A stretch of DNA of 63,781 nucleotides, counting the filler, from Perkinsus olseni (taxonomy: Eukaryota), in assembly GCA_013115125.1 (NCBI GenBank). It is 11 parts of 11 records of this genome, joined end to end, with 100 filler letters (N's around TTAATTAATTAA, not from the genome) between each part and the next. Parts side by side here need not be neighbours in the genome. Positions count along the whole stretch, not along the records: positions 17,589 to 23,326 come from JABANN010001167.1; positions 23,427 to 29,145 come from JABANN010001168.1; positions 29,246 to 34,947 come from JABANN010001169.1; 8 more parts are not named here. One strand, 5' to 3'. The position numbers and the translations under genes are program-made. Shown here piece by piece: positions 20,704 through 34,880 of this stretch. Numbering within the stretch: the first letter of the stretch is position 1; each line of letters opens with the position of its first letter. The notes under the pieces were generated by a model. It was not told the DNA's origin. It ran no database searches and saw only the letters and a program-made list of their open reading frames with translations.

Positions 20704-21236
20704 GGATACTGTACATTTGCGATACCAATTGTATTCTATACTACTTGTTCTGTTAGACGTCAGTCTACACAACCTGCTCAGACCAGTGTCGGGCAGTGGA
20801 TACGTCTTCTTTACGATTGCTATTATTTTCACAGCGGCCTCAGCCTTCACCTAAGTGGTGTATACTGGGCGACAACTCAACTTGGTGGAATAAGCTGCCA
20901 GGTTGTCGTCGTCGCCTGGTTCGTTCTAAGCACGAGGAGGTTTTTACCGCTTTTGTCTTTGTATGAACGTTATCGGAGTATACACGGCCCGCCGCCACTG
21001 CCGTCACCACCGCCATCATCAATTTGTTTCCTATTGCGCTCTTGGTAGACACTTTGAACCATCGTATTGGTTAGGCTGCCAAACGTCGAGGTCGTTGTGG
21101 TGGTGGTGATGGTGGCAGGGCCGCTAGAAGGTCTTCCTCCTCGACTACATTCTCTGTTATCATCTCAACACTCGACTGTTGTGTTGGCGTCCACTACCGG
21201 TGGGTCGATCCATCTCGCAGGTCTTTCGCTTTCACT

Positions 21237-21896
21237 ATGAGCGGCGTCATCGACAACAGCAATAATGGGAGCCTTCCATCAGAAGCATCATCTGCGCCGA
21301 AGGATAGGCCAGGGCTCTTGAATGGGACTGGAACTCGTGTTAATCATCCCTGCCCTATATCTCGACAGGCGGTAGTAGTCGTGCGCTGCTTGGTCTCTCT
21401 CTTTCACCGTTAAGATTTCCGTTTTATTACAGGTATCGGACGCGTGGAGAGCACAAATGTTTACCGTACTCGACGGTCTGGAGCCTCGAGATCCACTACT
21501 GGTATCCCTCTGGACGGCTATTTTCAACGCAATGACGGAAAATAGTCGTGCCGGAGAAGGCGCCACGACACAGCAACAGCAACTACATCCCCATCATCAT
21601 CAAACGGCGGACATTCGGTCATCAACCTCTCCCCGATATTCATCTGCAGAGAGGACGGCTGAGGGTCCATCGTTCCGAAACATAGCCTGGGTAGGTCGAC
21701 CGCAGCGCGCCGTTTGGTATCTTATTTTTCTTAGAAGCATTCTTATAATGACGCAAAGGATGATGTCACGGAAGCACCGTCTTCACCTTCATCATCGCCA
21801 GCGGCCACTGCATGTAGCCGACGATCATCTGCGTCCACAGCAGCTTGCACTGCTAAGTCTGTGTCCTTCGATGACGATGTTACTTTCTTCGATTAG
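21237..21896 (+). CDS. Hypothetical three-exon protein of about 184 aa with a C-terminal RVxF-like motif
   Basis: Exons 21237-21371, 21433-21690, 21735-21896 joined by phase-0 GT..AG introns; ends KSVSFDDDVTFFD*. Confidence 0.55.
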
Positions 21897-22273
21897 AGTG
21901 TAGTTCATCCGTAGCAATGTAGTTTTCATAGAGATTCGATCATACCATCGGAAGAATGCTGGAAAAGCAGCGTTACTTTACCATGGTTATTTTACCATTC
22001 GTCTTCTACCATTCCTCAAGTCGCAAAGCCGCGGGGAAAGGAGCAACTGTGTTATCGTTCGTGGCTCTTATGATCATCCGAGCATGGAATTCGTTCTCTT
22101 TGTGTTTTCCGTCTCGATATACCCAGTCTATCTTCGACGCCCGTATAATACGGGCCCTATTTTTCACTTACCTATTCTTGTTGGAAAACATACGAACAGT
22201 ACTACTGATGAACATCCTGCTCTACATTATCTGAAGTCATAAAGTACCGGCCGGGTGCTTTCCCTTCAAATGC

Positions 22274-22315
<42 letters not shown>
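22274..22315. repeat. (CAT)n microsatellite
   Basis: Pure CAT run. Confidence 0.9.
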
Positions 22316-24525
22316 CCGCCGTTAGTAAACATTTGCGTATCATTCAATAGTGTTGTACCGTGTTCGCCATCTCTGCTACGCGAGATGCCACACTGTTCTC
22401 GACCATTGTTCTCATTTTGGGTCCTCCCGATGTGTGTACTATTGTAACGTACTTTGTGTTCTTTGCTGATCATCCAGCTGAGCATTGCCTCGTCTCTTTA
22501 CCGTCTGCAAAGTAATTTGGCGACAACATGTTTACCACCGGTGACAGTGTGGAAGAGTATGATGGAGTTCTTGAGCGCACATGCCGTTCATACTCTAACT
22601 TTCCCCGCTTTATACTGTTAATGCTATGAAATTCACTGCGCTTCATATGCTCGTTTTTTCAATGCTGCCTTGCCGTGCTGGTTGAGGGAAATGATGCTCG
22701 ACCAGACCGAGTTGGTCTAACGGTTTCGGTTCATGCCATCATCCACTGGTACAGTGCAGCATTAGTGGTGGGATGATACGACGAGCATCATTAAGTTTGT
22801 CTAAGTCGCTGATGGATGAAAGATTCCTTGTTGGAATCTTTTCTTCAAGTCAGCGTTATTCTGTTTCCCGCATTCTTGATGTTTCATTGTTAATTGAAAG
22901 CTCGGTAGTTGTTGGTGCACGCTTCTTCCCCTGAAGGGGGTGTACGCAGGAAGTTCACAGCAGAGATGCTGTGCTACTCGTATTCATCAGAATGAATCCT
23001 CGACATTCCTTGAGAAATGAAGCAAGTTCTAGAACGATCTCGAGTGAATCCACGCGGGAATGGGAAACGCTAATGCGAGCGAGCAAGAATGGATACGGTG
23101 GATGGTGGAGGCGACCTAGCCTTATCCCCCCAGCGGTTAAACGAGTCCCTCATAGAACCCTTTAAGCGATACTTTTCAGAAGGTTCTTGGTACTTTAGTG
23201 TTGAAGAGGGCGTTCACTCCGGTATAGCGAGAAAGGTCGTCTAACAACAGTCGACTACACCATTTCCAGACCTACTTAGTAAAACCCCAGAGCAATTTAA
23301 TAAAGCCCAGACCAAATTAGTAAAACNNNNNNNNNNNNNNNNNNNNNNNNNNNNNNNNNNNNNNNNNNNNTTAATTAATTAANNNNNNNNNNNNNNNNNN
23401 NNNNNNNNNNNNNNNNNNNNNNNNNNCAAGAGACACCAATCCACCGCCGGAGACGGCACTCATTTAGGCTAAATGATTTAGCTCGCCCAAAAATTGGCGA
23501 ACTTGGAGCGGCGGAAATAACTCCTGCTCGAGGTTTCTGCCGAGTCTCTGGCTAGCACAGCATGATTTGAAGGAATTGTAAGGACGTGAGATATCGCTCC
23601 AGTCACAAGCTGCCAAATGCATAGGTCATGGTCAACTTGTCATTTAATTCGGTCGAAGTACACCCCTCCCTGTGTAGCTAAGACGACTGGTGGTGGGGGT
23701 TTCGTCCATCTCGTAGAGCCCACGCAAGTAGTAGGAATGGACAGAACAGTACCGCGGCCATATTGCCAAGGAGACTTTGATTGGGCGATAGTGCCACCGG
23801 GGAAGTTGTACCTCTATATCCAGCGCCGGATTAATGGCAGGCGCCTGATCATACGCGAACATTAGCAAGCTGCCCCTCGAGGAAAGCTATTCGTGTCGAT
23901 GACTCCGTCTGCTTCGCCACTCACGAGGTCAGAACCCGAATCTGAGTGGAAAGGGGCCAATGGGCCTATCGGGCTGACAACTTCGTTGTGGCGAGAATGC
24001 ACAACTCAAAGGTTTCCGATCCTTCCAGCGTGTGGCTCTCCGCATGCTTAACGACTTCCTCGACAACAAGCTACCTAGTCACGGTCAGGGTCCACCTGAA
24101 CATATCAGTCTTGAAGCCCAGGAGCAGTGCGTCTTCGTGCGTCCACTCGATTCAGCTGGGTCGGAGAGATTATGTGATTTTGTTTTCACGCGAGATTCTT
24201 GCGTTACTCCGAGTCACTTGACGTTCACATTGGCGCAGAGCAATTGTGATGTGCCGTGAGAATACCCTCTCCATTATCGATACAGCGGTTCCGCCTACAA
24301 CGGTTTTTCGAATGCATAGGCTTATTGGCTGCCTTCAGCAGATCAGTCAGCGACTGTGATGCCACTGTTGACCCGACCCTGTGACAGCGGAGCAGACTCC
24401 GGCATACATACACATGAAGATACAGATACGTGCGTAGGGAGTCGGAATCAACCGCTAAGAAAATAGAGCTGGGTGGCACAGGGAAAGAATTAATGGAATG
24501 TGTTATGGTGCATCACGATCTCGAG

Positions 24526-24788
24526 TAGAGCTGGGCAACCGTACTGGGGTCGAGGAAAGTACGGTACGGAGTACGTTTCAAACTGCCAACCTAGTACGGG
24601 TACGGAGAACTAGTGCGTATTAACTATATTAAACAACGCATACGTGTATTAAATTACGCCGTACTTCAAGTACGGTGTACTAGTACGGTACTGGGGAACC
24701 GCTGCGACGGGCAGTACGGTTACGGAGCCGTACTCGTACCCGTATTGTACTTCGTACTAGACCGTACCCGTACTGTCTCCCACCTCAA
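24526..24788. mobile_element. Degenerate non-autonomous DNA transposon (hAT-like MITE) rich in GTAC motifs
   Basis: Imperfect TIRs: TAGAGCTGGGCAACCGTAC versus reverse complement TTGAGGTGGGAGACAGTAC (14/19). Dense GTACGG/CCGTAC repeats. No TSD found. Confidence 0.5.
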
Positions 24789-24939
24789 ATAACGAATAAC
24801 GACCAGTTACGCCCCTTCATTATCAAGTGACATGATGTAATTGTGAGGGACTCTGCTGGCTATAATCTATCCTAGAAGGTTGTTGTGGGCTACGCAGCAA
24901 CTACAGCATGCAGCCTACGGGTATCGACACCTGTGAGTT

Positions 24940-27634
<2,695 letters not shown>

Positions 27635-29299
27635 TCCGCGATCCGCTCCGGCTCGCGTGTTGGTATATTTGTTGCGCTTCATCTCGGCTCGATGAGCGGC
27701 CCCTAAGTTTATCAAAAATAACGGAGATCACCGCTGAAAGCAGATTCGCTCTCGTGGGCCGAGCCAGGCGGCGGGGAGGTTTCCCCGGCAAGCGGGAACG
27801 CTGGTACCAGCGCGATGTCCGGCGATGCTGCAGAACCAAAGAGAATCGAGAGAGAGTTTCGAGGGAGCCAAGGGCTGCCCTTGAAGGTCAATGGGAATGA
27901 GCAGAGGCTGATGACCATACACGGTGGGAGTCAGCGAAGTGCGATGTCAGCATCAAGCTTACATGGTGACCTTTCTTGATCATTCAGGCATTCGGGAGTC
28001 GCCGAAGCTTTCACAACCCAGAGTGGGCAAGGGAGGACCGGAGTATGCGGTATTACCGTATTCCATTAACTGTGACGGTAAATGAAGGGACAGTCGATAA
28101 TTGTAAGTAACGTGCATTTCTATGAACTGTTTGACGTATCATCGACAAGGTTTGTTTGCGAGTGTTGCCTCTAAGACAAGATTCAGCATGTTGACGTCAA
28201 GTCGGTTGGTGGGGACTTTCGACCTCCGGCGAAACGTCCACCAAGGAGCGCGGCCAGTCGACCGCAGCTGTGCTACATGAGGGGACCGCTGCTTCTGACG
28301 TCGGAGGTCGCATTTTGTCTATGCACACAAGTCTTGGCGGAGAGTGTCCCGACGACTCTCGGCGACTTAACTGACGATTCTTAGCCAAATTGTTCAGAGA
28401 ACAACTGATGAAGCAGGATCCGTATCCGTATATCGGATACGCCCTTTTCTGACGATTTCCGAGTCTGTGGGCGTTAAACGCCCGGCGTTTGCGTTCCAAA
28501 GCATTAAGAGTCTTCTGGGCCTTGATCTTCCTATGAACGATAGAAGACCAGAGGCGATAGCAGACGCAATCATGGTGCTGCCAGTTCCCAACAACTGGCT
28601 CGGAGTGGGAGAGGAAATGGCCAGAGGAAGCAGGTGTGCGGTTTAGTGATGGCGTTGAGCCGAAGCCAACTCAGATACCGTTTGTAGCCCGGCATCCACG
28701 ATGCCAGGTAGGCCCGGTCGAGTAGGATCGTTCTCTCTGAGAGGTTCACAACTATCCCGGTGATCTTCTCGGCTGCTATCGTCTTGTTGAGCTGGAACGA
28801 CTTGGCTTCACGGTCGCGAAGGGCGGCGAAAGAGACCCAAATGCAGTTTCTCGCGAGCTGCCATGTAGGTACCGGAACGAGGGCCGGAGGGTATCCGGAA
28901 GTTTGTTGCTCAGCAACAAACTGCTCCGCCAACGCAAAGAACGCAAGAACCGTTCCTGGTAGTAGCCCAAAGCGTGCCCGTCGCTTTGTCAGAGGCAACT
29001 CGGAATCCCAATTGCATCCTGTAGTGGTACCGCAGTCAGAGAACTTGTTACAACTTGTTAACTCGACAGTGTCGAGCAGACTGTTGAGCACAAGGCGGAC
29101 TGTGGGATAAAGATCATCATTAACATCCTGACAACGGGATCTTGANNNNNNNNNNNNNNNNNNNNNNNNNNNNNNNNNNNNNNNNNNNNTTAATTAATTA
29201 ANNNNNNNNNNNNNNNNNNNNNNNNNNNNNNNNNNNNNNNNNNNNGACCTGCATCGCAACACAATGAATGTCTAACTCGAGATCGCACGTCTAGCGGCT

Positions 29300-31615
29300 T
29301 TGCTGCGAGTGTGGCTAGGTAACCGTCGTCACAACGAGTCCCAACCTCTCATCATGAGCATTGAGCACAAGCTCGACGGGATTGTAGACGCTCTTGCGGG
29401 CCTATCACTTGCGCTCCGCAGACCTGGAGACCAGTACGCTAACGTCAACGAGACTCCAGTCGCCGACGGCATCAACAACGCCAACCAAGGCTTGGTCAAT
29501 CAACAACGATGGTCCCCCACCGTCCGCACCAACCCTATTCAAGAAGCCGGCACCCTCTTCCATAACGTCAGTCCTTCACATCTACCCTACCATCAAATAC
29601 GAGGCTCACCTCCAGTTTATCCTATTCATACTGGAGCACACTATCGCCCTGGTCTACAGTCCGGACATCGCGGGAGCCCTCCAGGTATCATGCATCCCTC
29701 GCCCGGCCAGCGGCCGTCTATCACCCCCGGCCGGTCTCGTACTATGGACTACAACCTCCACAACGCGCATCCTGCTGGACGTCATGTGCCCCAACACGAA
29801 CCAAACCCGACGGCGCCCGTCGTTGGTCACCGTGCGGCCTATCCTATTGTGGGTTGTTGTTACGGTTGTGGTTGCACACCTTGTGCCTATCCTGTATCAG
29901 ACGACCGCTTGCAGAAAGAGATGAAGACGGTTAAAGCTCTCAAAAAGCCCGAACAAGGGAAGTTTTTGGGGATGGTTGACAAGCGAAGCGGCCTAGGTTT
30001 CCGCCTTGAGGTAATCCGCAATTGCGGACGGTTGTCACCGATAGTCGTACATCACTACCTGCGTGAACACGTCTGTATGGATGTCCACAAGTCCATCGGT
30101 ATCGGCGACGATTGGCCCCTCAACTGCGATGCAGATTACTCCAACTCCGTCAACGTCATCTGGGATCGTCTCACTACCGTGTATTCTGGACAATCCACGT
30201 CGGAAAAGCTCCTGGACTCGTGGAGCCATCTCCGACAGGGCGACGGCGAACCCGTCCAGAAGTACGTCAATCGTGTGTGCAACGCCCAGGAAGAGCTGTC
30301 TCTGGCGGGTAATGGCCGATCTGAATCGGAGATTCGTGCTAAATTGAGGTGCGGTCTCCGCGATCAGCGGCTGCAGTCTGATATGCTACAGTACAACAAT
30401 GCCCCCCTACCGGACTTCATCGCAATCATGTCTCAGAAGGTCATCGACTACGACAGGCAGGCGGGGCAGTGTTTCTCAAACGGCGGGGCTCCCTATGGCC
30501 AATCCTCACAATTTCAGCTTGGATGGGCCAATCCCGCATCCGACGGGGCCTCCACTTCGTTGGCGTCCGCTGGGGCGCCTAGCGATCTGACCGGTAAACT
30601 CGACGAGATCCTCCTCAACGGTGTTCAAGCTGGACCTCTTCCCGATGGCTCCATTGGTTGTGCTCGCGGTTGCAAAGACTCTGCTTGCAAGGGCGTCCGA
30701 ACTTGCCTCTTGGCCAAGCCGAACCTACCCTCCGGTGTCTGCCCCTTTTGTGCACGCTCACATGGTGGTACCCGGGAAACGGACTGTGCCGCTTTTCGTA
30801 AGGTTTGTGCCCGATGCAATAAAGTCGGTCATTTCGGTGCCGCATGTCGTAGTGCCCCGGTGAAAAATGGTCGTCGGCCCGGCAAGGGTGAGGGCAAGGG
30901 GAAGAGCAAGAACGGTGTCAAAGGGGAAAAGAAGACCGACAGCGCTGTTGAATCATCATCCTCATCATCATCATCTCCTAATGTGACCATAGACGGCTTA
31001 ATCGGCCCCGAAGAGTCTCTACCGGAAATATACAGTCTGGAGACATCGATCTGCAATGCCGGTGTTCAGTCCGCTAACGGCCTACGCGGTGTCAAGGTCC
31101 AGTCGGCCATTCCAGCCCAACTACTGACTCGGGATCCAGACGGCAATCTCAAGAGCTCGGCGAAGGTCCTTATCAGGACCCTGTGGGACTCCGGCGCGTC
31201 TGGCAACTTTCTCCGGTATGATGCGGTGGAACGCATCCTAGGCAGGCCCCCGGTTTGCGGTACCCCCACCACTTCTGCGACCTTGGCCGATGGATCTAGT
31301 ATCCAAGCCGTAGGCATTTGTCGGCTCAAGCTCCACACCCCCAAGTGCACAGCTACTGTCGTTGCCTTCGTGGTTAAGGAGCTTACTACACCCCTAGTCC
31401 TTGGCACACCCGGCCTCAGAGCCCTCGGTGCTCGCCTGGACTTTCTCGAGAATGGCACTGTCTCGATTTCTACCGGCAATAAAACTTCGTCATCATCGAC
31501 TAGCGACGCTACGACACGGGAGCCATGTCCTGTAGCAAGCATAACAGTCCAATCAGATGTCGACGAGTGTCTGACCTCCACTGGCTCCAGGTCTTCACCA
31601 CCAATGGCTACATAA
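29300..31615 (+). CDS. Gag-protease
   Basis: Capsid-like LRQGDGEPVQKY; knuckles CPFC..H..C and CARCNKVGHFGAAC; protease LWDSGAS..LVLG. Confidence 0.85.
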   Translation: MLRVWLGNRRHNESQPLIMSIEHKLDGIVDALAGLSLALRRPGDQYANVNETPVADGINNANQGLVNQQRWSPTVRTNPIQEAGTLFHNVSPSHLPYHQIRGSPPVYPIHTGAHYRPGLQSGHRGSPPGIMHPSPGQRPSITPGRSRTMDYNLHNAHPAGRHVPQHEPNPTAPVVGHRAAYPIVGCCYGCGCTPCAYPVSDDRLQKEMKTVKALKKPEQGKFLGMVDKRSGLGFRLEVIRNCGRLSPIVVHHYLREHVCMDVHKSIGIGDDWPLNCDADYSNSVNVIWDRLTTVYSGQSTSEKLLDSWSHLRQGDGEPVQKYVNRVCNAQEELSLAGNGRSESEIRAKLRCGLRDQRLQSDMLQYNNAPLPDFIAIMSQKVIDYDRQAGQCFSNGGAPYGQSSQFQLGWANPASDGASTSLASAGAPSDLTGKLDEILLNGVQAGPLPDGSIGCARGCKDSACKGVRTCLLAKPNLPSGVCPFCARSHGGTRETDCAAFRKVCARCNKVGHFGAACRSAPVKNGRRPGKGEGKGKSKNGVKGEKKTDSAVESSSSSSSSPNVTIDGLIGPEESLPEIYSLETSICNAGVQSANGLRGVKVQSAIPAQLLTRDPDGNLKSSAKVLIRTLWDSGASGNFLRYDAVERILGRPPVCGTPTTSATLADGSSIQAVGICRLKLHTPKCTATVVAFVVKELTTPLVLGTPGLRALGARLDFLENGTVSISTGNKTSSSSTSDATTREPCPVASITVQSDVDECLTSTGSRSSPPMAT

Positions 31616-34600
31616 GCACTCGCTGCAGCCTTCAAGCAGCCTGAACTTCATAGACCTACTAACAGCCGATGACCCGGTGCAAGAACAACCACGAAAAGAG
31701 TCCTATCCCGTGTCCAAGCGGCCCCCGGTGGTACCAGTTGGTGGTGGTCTTCCCGCACACAAGTGCATTCACATCGACGTCCTTAGAGACGGACGGTACG
31801 CTGTCAACTTCGGTCTCTGCCAGGAAGGCTTGAAGGATTTCTCAGGTCGCGGCTGGAAGGCTGCAGTCGCCCGGGCTGCCAAGGCGTCAAACCGTCTGAG
31901 TCCCGATAAGCAGCGCCAAGTTGAGGAGGCCATATCGAGACTCCTCGCCAGCGGCTATGTCGCCTTCATGACTCTCAAGGACACGTCGCGTCCACCTCCT
32001 CCCAGGGTCATCAATAACCTCTATTGTGGTAACGCCCTGGTTAAGGATTCCTACGTTACGGCCGACACTCACCTCCGAGAAAGACTTCCAAGCTTTATCG
32101 GGGCCCAATTTGTCTTCAAAGACAGCCCAACCACCCCCTGCCGCATTGTTTATGATTGTCGCCCCACCAATGGAGCGTTGGTGACTCCAACTGTGACACG
32201 ATGGTGTTTGCACAAGTACTTGCTAGGCTGTTCAACTCATCCGGCGGTGACCTTTCTTGACATTCGTCAAGCCTACAACCAATTGGTCATGACCCCCACT
32301 TCCAGTGCGACGTGCTGTACAGTACTGCAACCACCTTCAACTCCATCAAGGCCTCGTCCCCGACCAATTCTGGTCATCTGGGTCACAGTAGCCTTTGGGT
32401 TGGCTCCAAGCGGCGGCGCACTAGAGCTGGCTACGGCTCACGTAGCTCTCGAGGCTGAAGAAGTCTTGTCTCTGCTTCAACCGCCTCCAACCCAGGACTA
32501 CGACCCACTGAAGGAATGCCCTGCCCTTCCCAGCATCTATCATTCCGCCGACTACGACTACGCCCGTCCAGCGCTGGAGGCATGCTTCTCCAAGGTTCAC
32601 AATGCTCAAGAAGTCCAACTCCTCCGGAAGCTTTCGTCGGAGCTATCCTGGCGGGACTACGTAGACGACTGGGTTGTCATGGGCCACCACTTCCTCCAAG
32701 CGGTTCACGGTCGGAGAGTCCTCTCCTCCTGTGCGAACTCTCATAAATTCACCTTCCCACTCTCCAAGTGCCACGAGTCTTGGGCTCTAGAGGCCGCATC
32801 AGCCGCGACGGTGGTGGGCTACATCTTAACTCAGGATGACTGTCTCCGGCCGAAGATATCTGTCGAGCCTCTCTGCAGCACAGCAACGAAGAGGATGGCT
32901 AGCCAGGTCCTCGCCGGCCTCTACGACCCTCTGGGCAAATTCCTGGAAGCTAATATGCATGCCCGACTGATCTGGCGGAAGGCTGTCTTGAGCGTGAAGG
33001 AGTCGGCACCCGGTGAACCGTCAGCTGCATCGTGGGACCGACAACTCTCTCCTCAAGTCATCGATGAAGTCAACGATTGGATCACCCAATTGCATAAGCT
33101 ACAACCGGTTCCCCGGTATGTTCCCGTACGGCCAGGCCCTTTGTTGGAGTCCAACGCTGAGTTCAACCACGCTTGTGAGATACTCATCTCTTGTGATGCG
33201 TCGGGCGTAGCCTGGTGTGTTGAAACAAGGTCACGACTCAACTGTCTTCCGGTCTCTCCAAGGTTGCGAGCTCGTGGAGGTCTCTTCCCTCAGACGACAG
33301 CTGGGTCCGACTATGCCTTGACAACACCCCGTAAGGAGCTCCATGCTCTCTATCAGGCATGCAGGGAGGCCTACAGTCTCTACTTGTCATGCAATCTGGC
33401 TCCATCTATGGGCTCTCGTATCACTGTTCTCACTGATTCGCTCATAAACTTGCAGCGTCTACAGTGGATCGGCACTAAAAACGAGGAAGAAGTTCTGTCC
33501 GGCTTGAGGAGGCGCCATATGACCGTCCACGACGTCGACAAACTTCTGAGCATCAGGGAGCTACTGCTGCGGGTCACCCTGCCCATCAAGGTTGTGCACA
33601 TACCCTCCGAGGTCAATCTGGCCGACCCTGGGTCGCGATGCAAGCCTTATGGTCCAGACGACTCGGTATTGAAGCTACTGGCCTCCATTTTGGATAGCCC
33701 TAACCAAAGGCCCACTTACGTGCCGGTATCTCTCAGTACGACGACCTCTGGGAAGGAAGAAGATTTGCCAGCTGGTTCTCACCTATGCCCGTTGTCTCCT
33801 CGCGCAGGCCCCCTACCGGTACCCTTACCTGAAGACCCCTCACAACAAGTCCCAAGGCTATCAGATGAGGACACTCAAGCCCTCGACTCCCTCATCAACG
33901 AGTCGGTCAAGCAGGATAGAATCTTCGAAGCTATCCGGTTGTTCTTGTCCTCGGGCACCGTTAGTCCCCCATTCAGCCGTGAACGCCTTCGCCGCGCATC
34001 AGCGCAGTACGAGGTCGACCAGAATGGTACCCTTTACCGCACAGTACTACAACGTGCGGACGGCTCGATAGTGAAGCAGCGTGTCGTTGGGGAGGACAGA
34101 GCACTATTACTTAAACTGGTCGGAAGTATTCACATCAACCATCACCATCTCGGAGCTCGGCAGTTGATGCTCAAGGTCAAGGAGGAATATCACTTCAAGA
34201 ACCTTCCGTCGGTGGTCCGGCGGTGCGTGCGCCTGTGTCGCCCCTGTTCACGGGCAAACGCAGTCAGGAGGTTCAACTCGTCCGCTGGAGCCCACAATGT
34301 ACAAGACTTGAAACCTCTCCAAGTAATTGGAGTCGATATCTATCTGCCTAATCTCAAGGACCCATCCGAGAAGGTCTACCAAAAGGAGTATTCTGGTTGC
34401 CTGGTGGTCACCTGCTTGGCTACATCCTTTCAAAGAGTCCATTTACTGAAAGGTTCGGTTACAACCAAGAGTGTATGCGAAGGCCTCACCTCATTGTTCA
34501 ACAACAGCATTTGGCCATCCGTACTCGTCAGCGACAATGCGTCCTGCTTCTCATCAAAGGAGATGCTTCGGTGGTGCAAGCTTCGAGGGTTAGTCCATCT

Positions 34601-34880
34601 CTTCTCGCCGCCTTATGCTGCGGCTCTCTCCCGGTGGGAACGATCACATAGGGAGATCACTCGGTGCCTACGATGCTGTGCCTGCGACACTCACTTCTTC
34701 GGTGGGAAGCCTTGGTTCGACATTGTATCGGATGTGGTGTCCAATCTCAATCACCTACCCTATTCGGAAGACTGTTGGATCACTCCGGCCATGCTGTGCT
34801 TCGGATTCTTCGACCCCGGTGACTTTTATCGGCCTACCGCTTCCCTCGATCAGCTCGCTGAAAGGCTGGTCGCGAACTAG
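31575..34880 (+). CDS. Pol (RT, RNase H, integrase); frame open from 31575, +1 relative to gag-pro
   Basis: RIVYDCR, LDIRQAY, AFGLAPS, YVDD; RNase H; integrase HHCC, GVD / SDNA / WER. Confidence 0.85.
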   Translation, partial: PPLAPGLHHQWLHKHSLQPSSSLNFIDLLTADDPVQEQPRKESYPVSKRPPVVPVGGGLPAHKCIHIDVLRDGRYAVNFGLCQEGLKDFSGRGWKAAVARAAKASNRLSPDKQRQVEEAISRLLASGYVAFMTLKDTSRPPPPRVINNLYCGNALVKDSYVTADTHLRERLPSFIGAQFVFKDSPTTPCRIVYDCRPTNGALVTPTVTRWCLHKYLLGCSTHPAVTFLDIRQAYNQLVMTPTSSATCCTVLQPPSTPSRPRPRPILVIWVTVAFGLAPSGGALELATAHVALEAEEVLSLLQPPPTQDYDPLKECPALPSIYHSADYDYARPALEACFSKVHNAQEVQLLRKLSSELSWRDYVDDWVVMGHHFLQAVHGRRVLSSCANSHKFTFPLSKCHESWALEAASAATVVGYILTQDDCLRPKISVEPLCSTATKRMASQVLAGLYDPLGKFLEANMHARLIWRKAVLSVKESAPGEPSAASWDRQLSPQVIDEVNDWITQLHKLQPVPRYVPVRPGPLLESNAEFNHACEILISCDASGVAWCVETRSRLNCLPVSPRLRARGGLFPQTTAGSDYALTTPRKELHALYQACREAYSLYLSCNLAPSMGSRITVLTDSLINLQRLQWIGTKNEEEVLSGLRRRHMTVHDVDKLLSIRELLLRVTLPIKVVHIPSEVNLADPGSRCKPYGPDDSVLKLLASILDSPNQRPTYVPVSLSTTTSGKEEDLPAGSHLCPLSPRAGPLPVPLPEDPSQQVPRLSDEDTQALDSLINESVKQDRIFEAIRLFLSSGTVSPPFSRERLRRASAQYEVDQNGTLYRTVLQRADGSIVKQRVVGEDRALLLKLVGSIHINHHHLGARQLMLKVKEEYHFKNLPSVVRRCVRLCRPCSRANAVRRFNSSAGAHNVQDLKPLQVIGVDIYLPNLKDPSEKVYQKEYSGCLVVTCLATSFQRVHLLKGSVTTKSVCEGLTSLFNNSIWPSVLVSDNASCFSSKEMLRWCKLRGLVHLFSPPYAAALSRWERSHREITRCLRCCACDTHFFGGKPWFDIVSDVVSNLNHLPYSEDCWITPAMLCFGFFDPGDFYRPTASLDQLAERLVAN

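Noticed and set aside
28197-29091. Minus-strand ORFs downstream of PNO
   Set aside because: No recognisable motif or consistent splice model; possibly decayed coding sequence.
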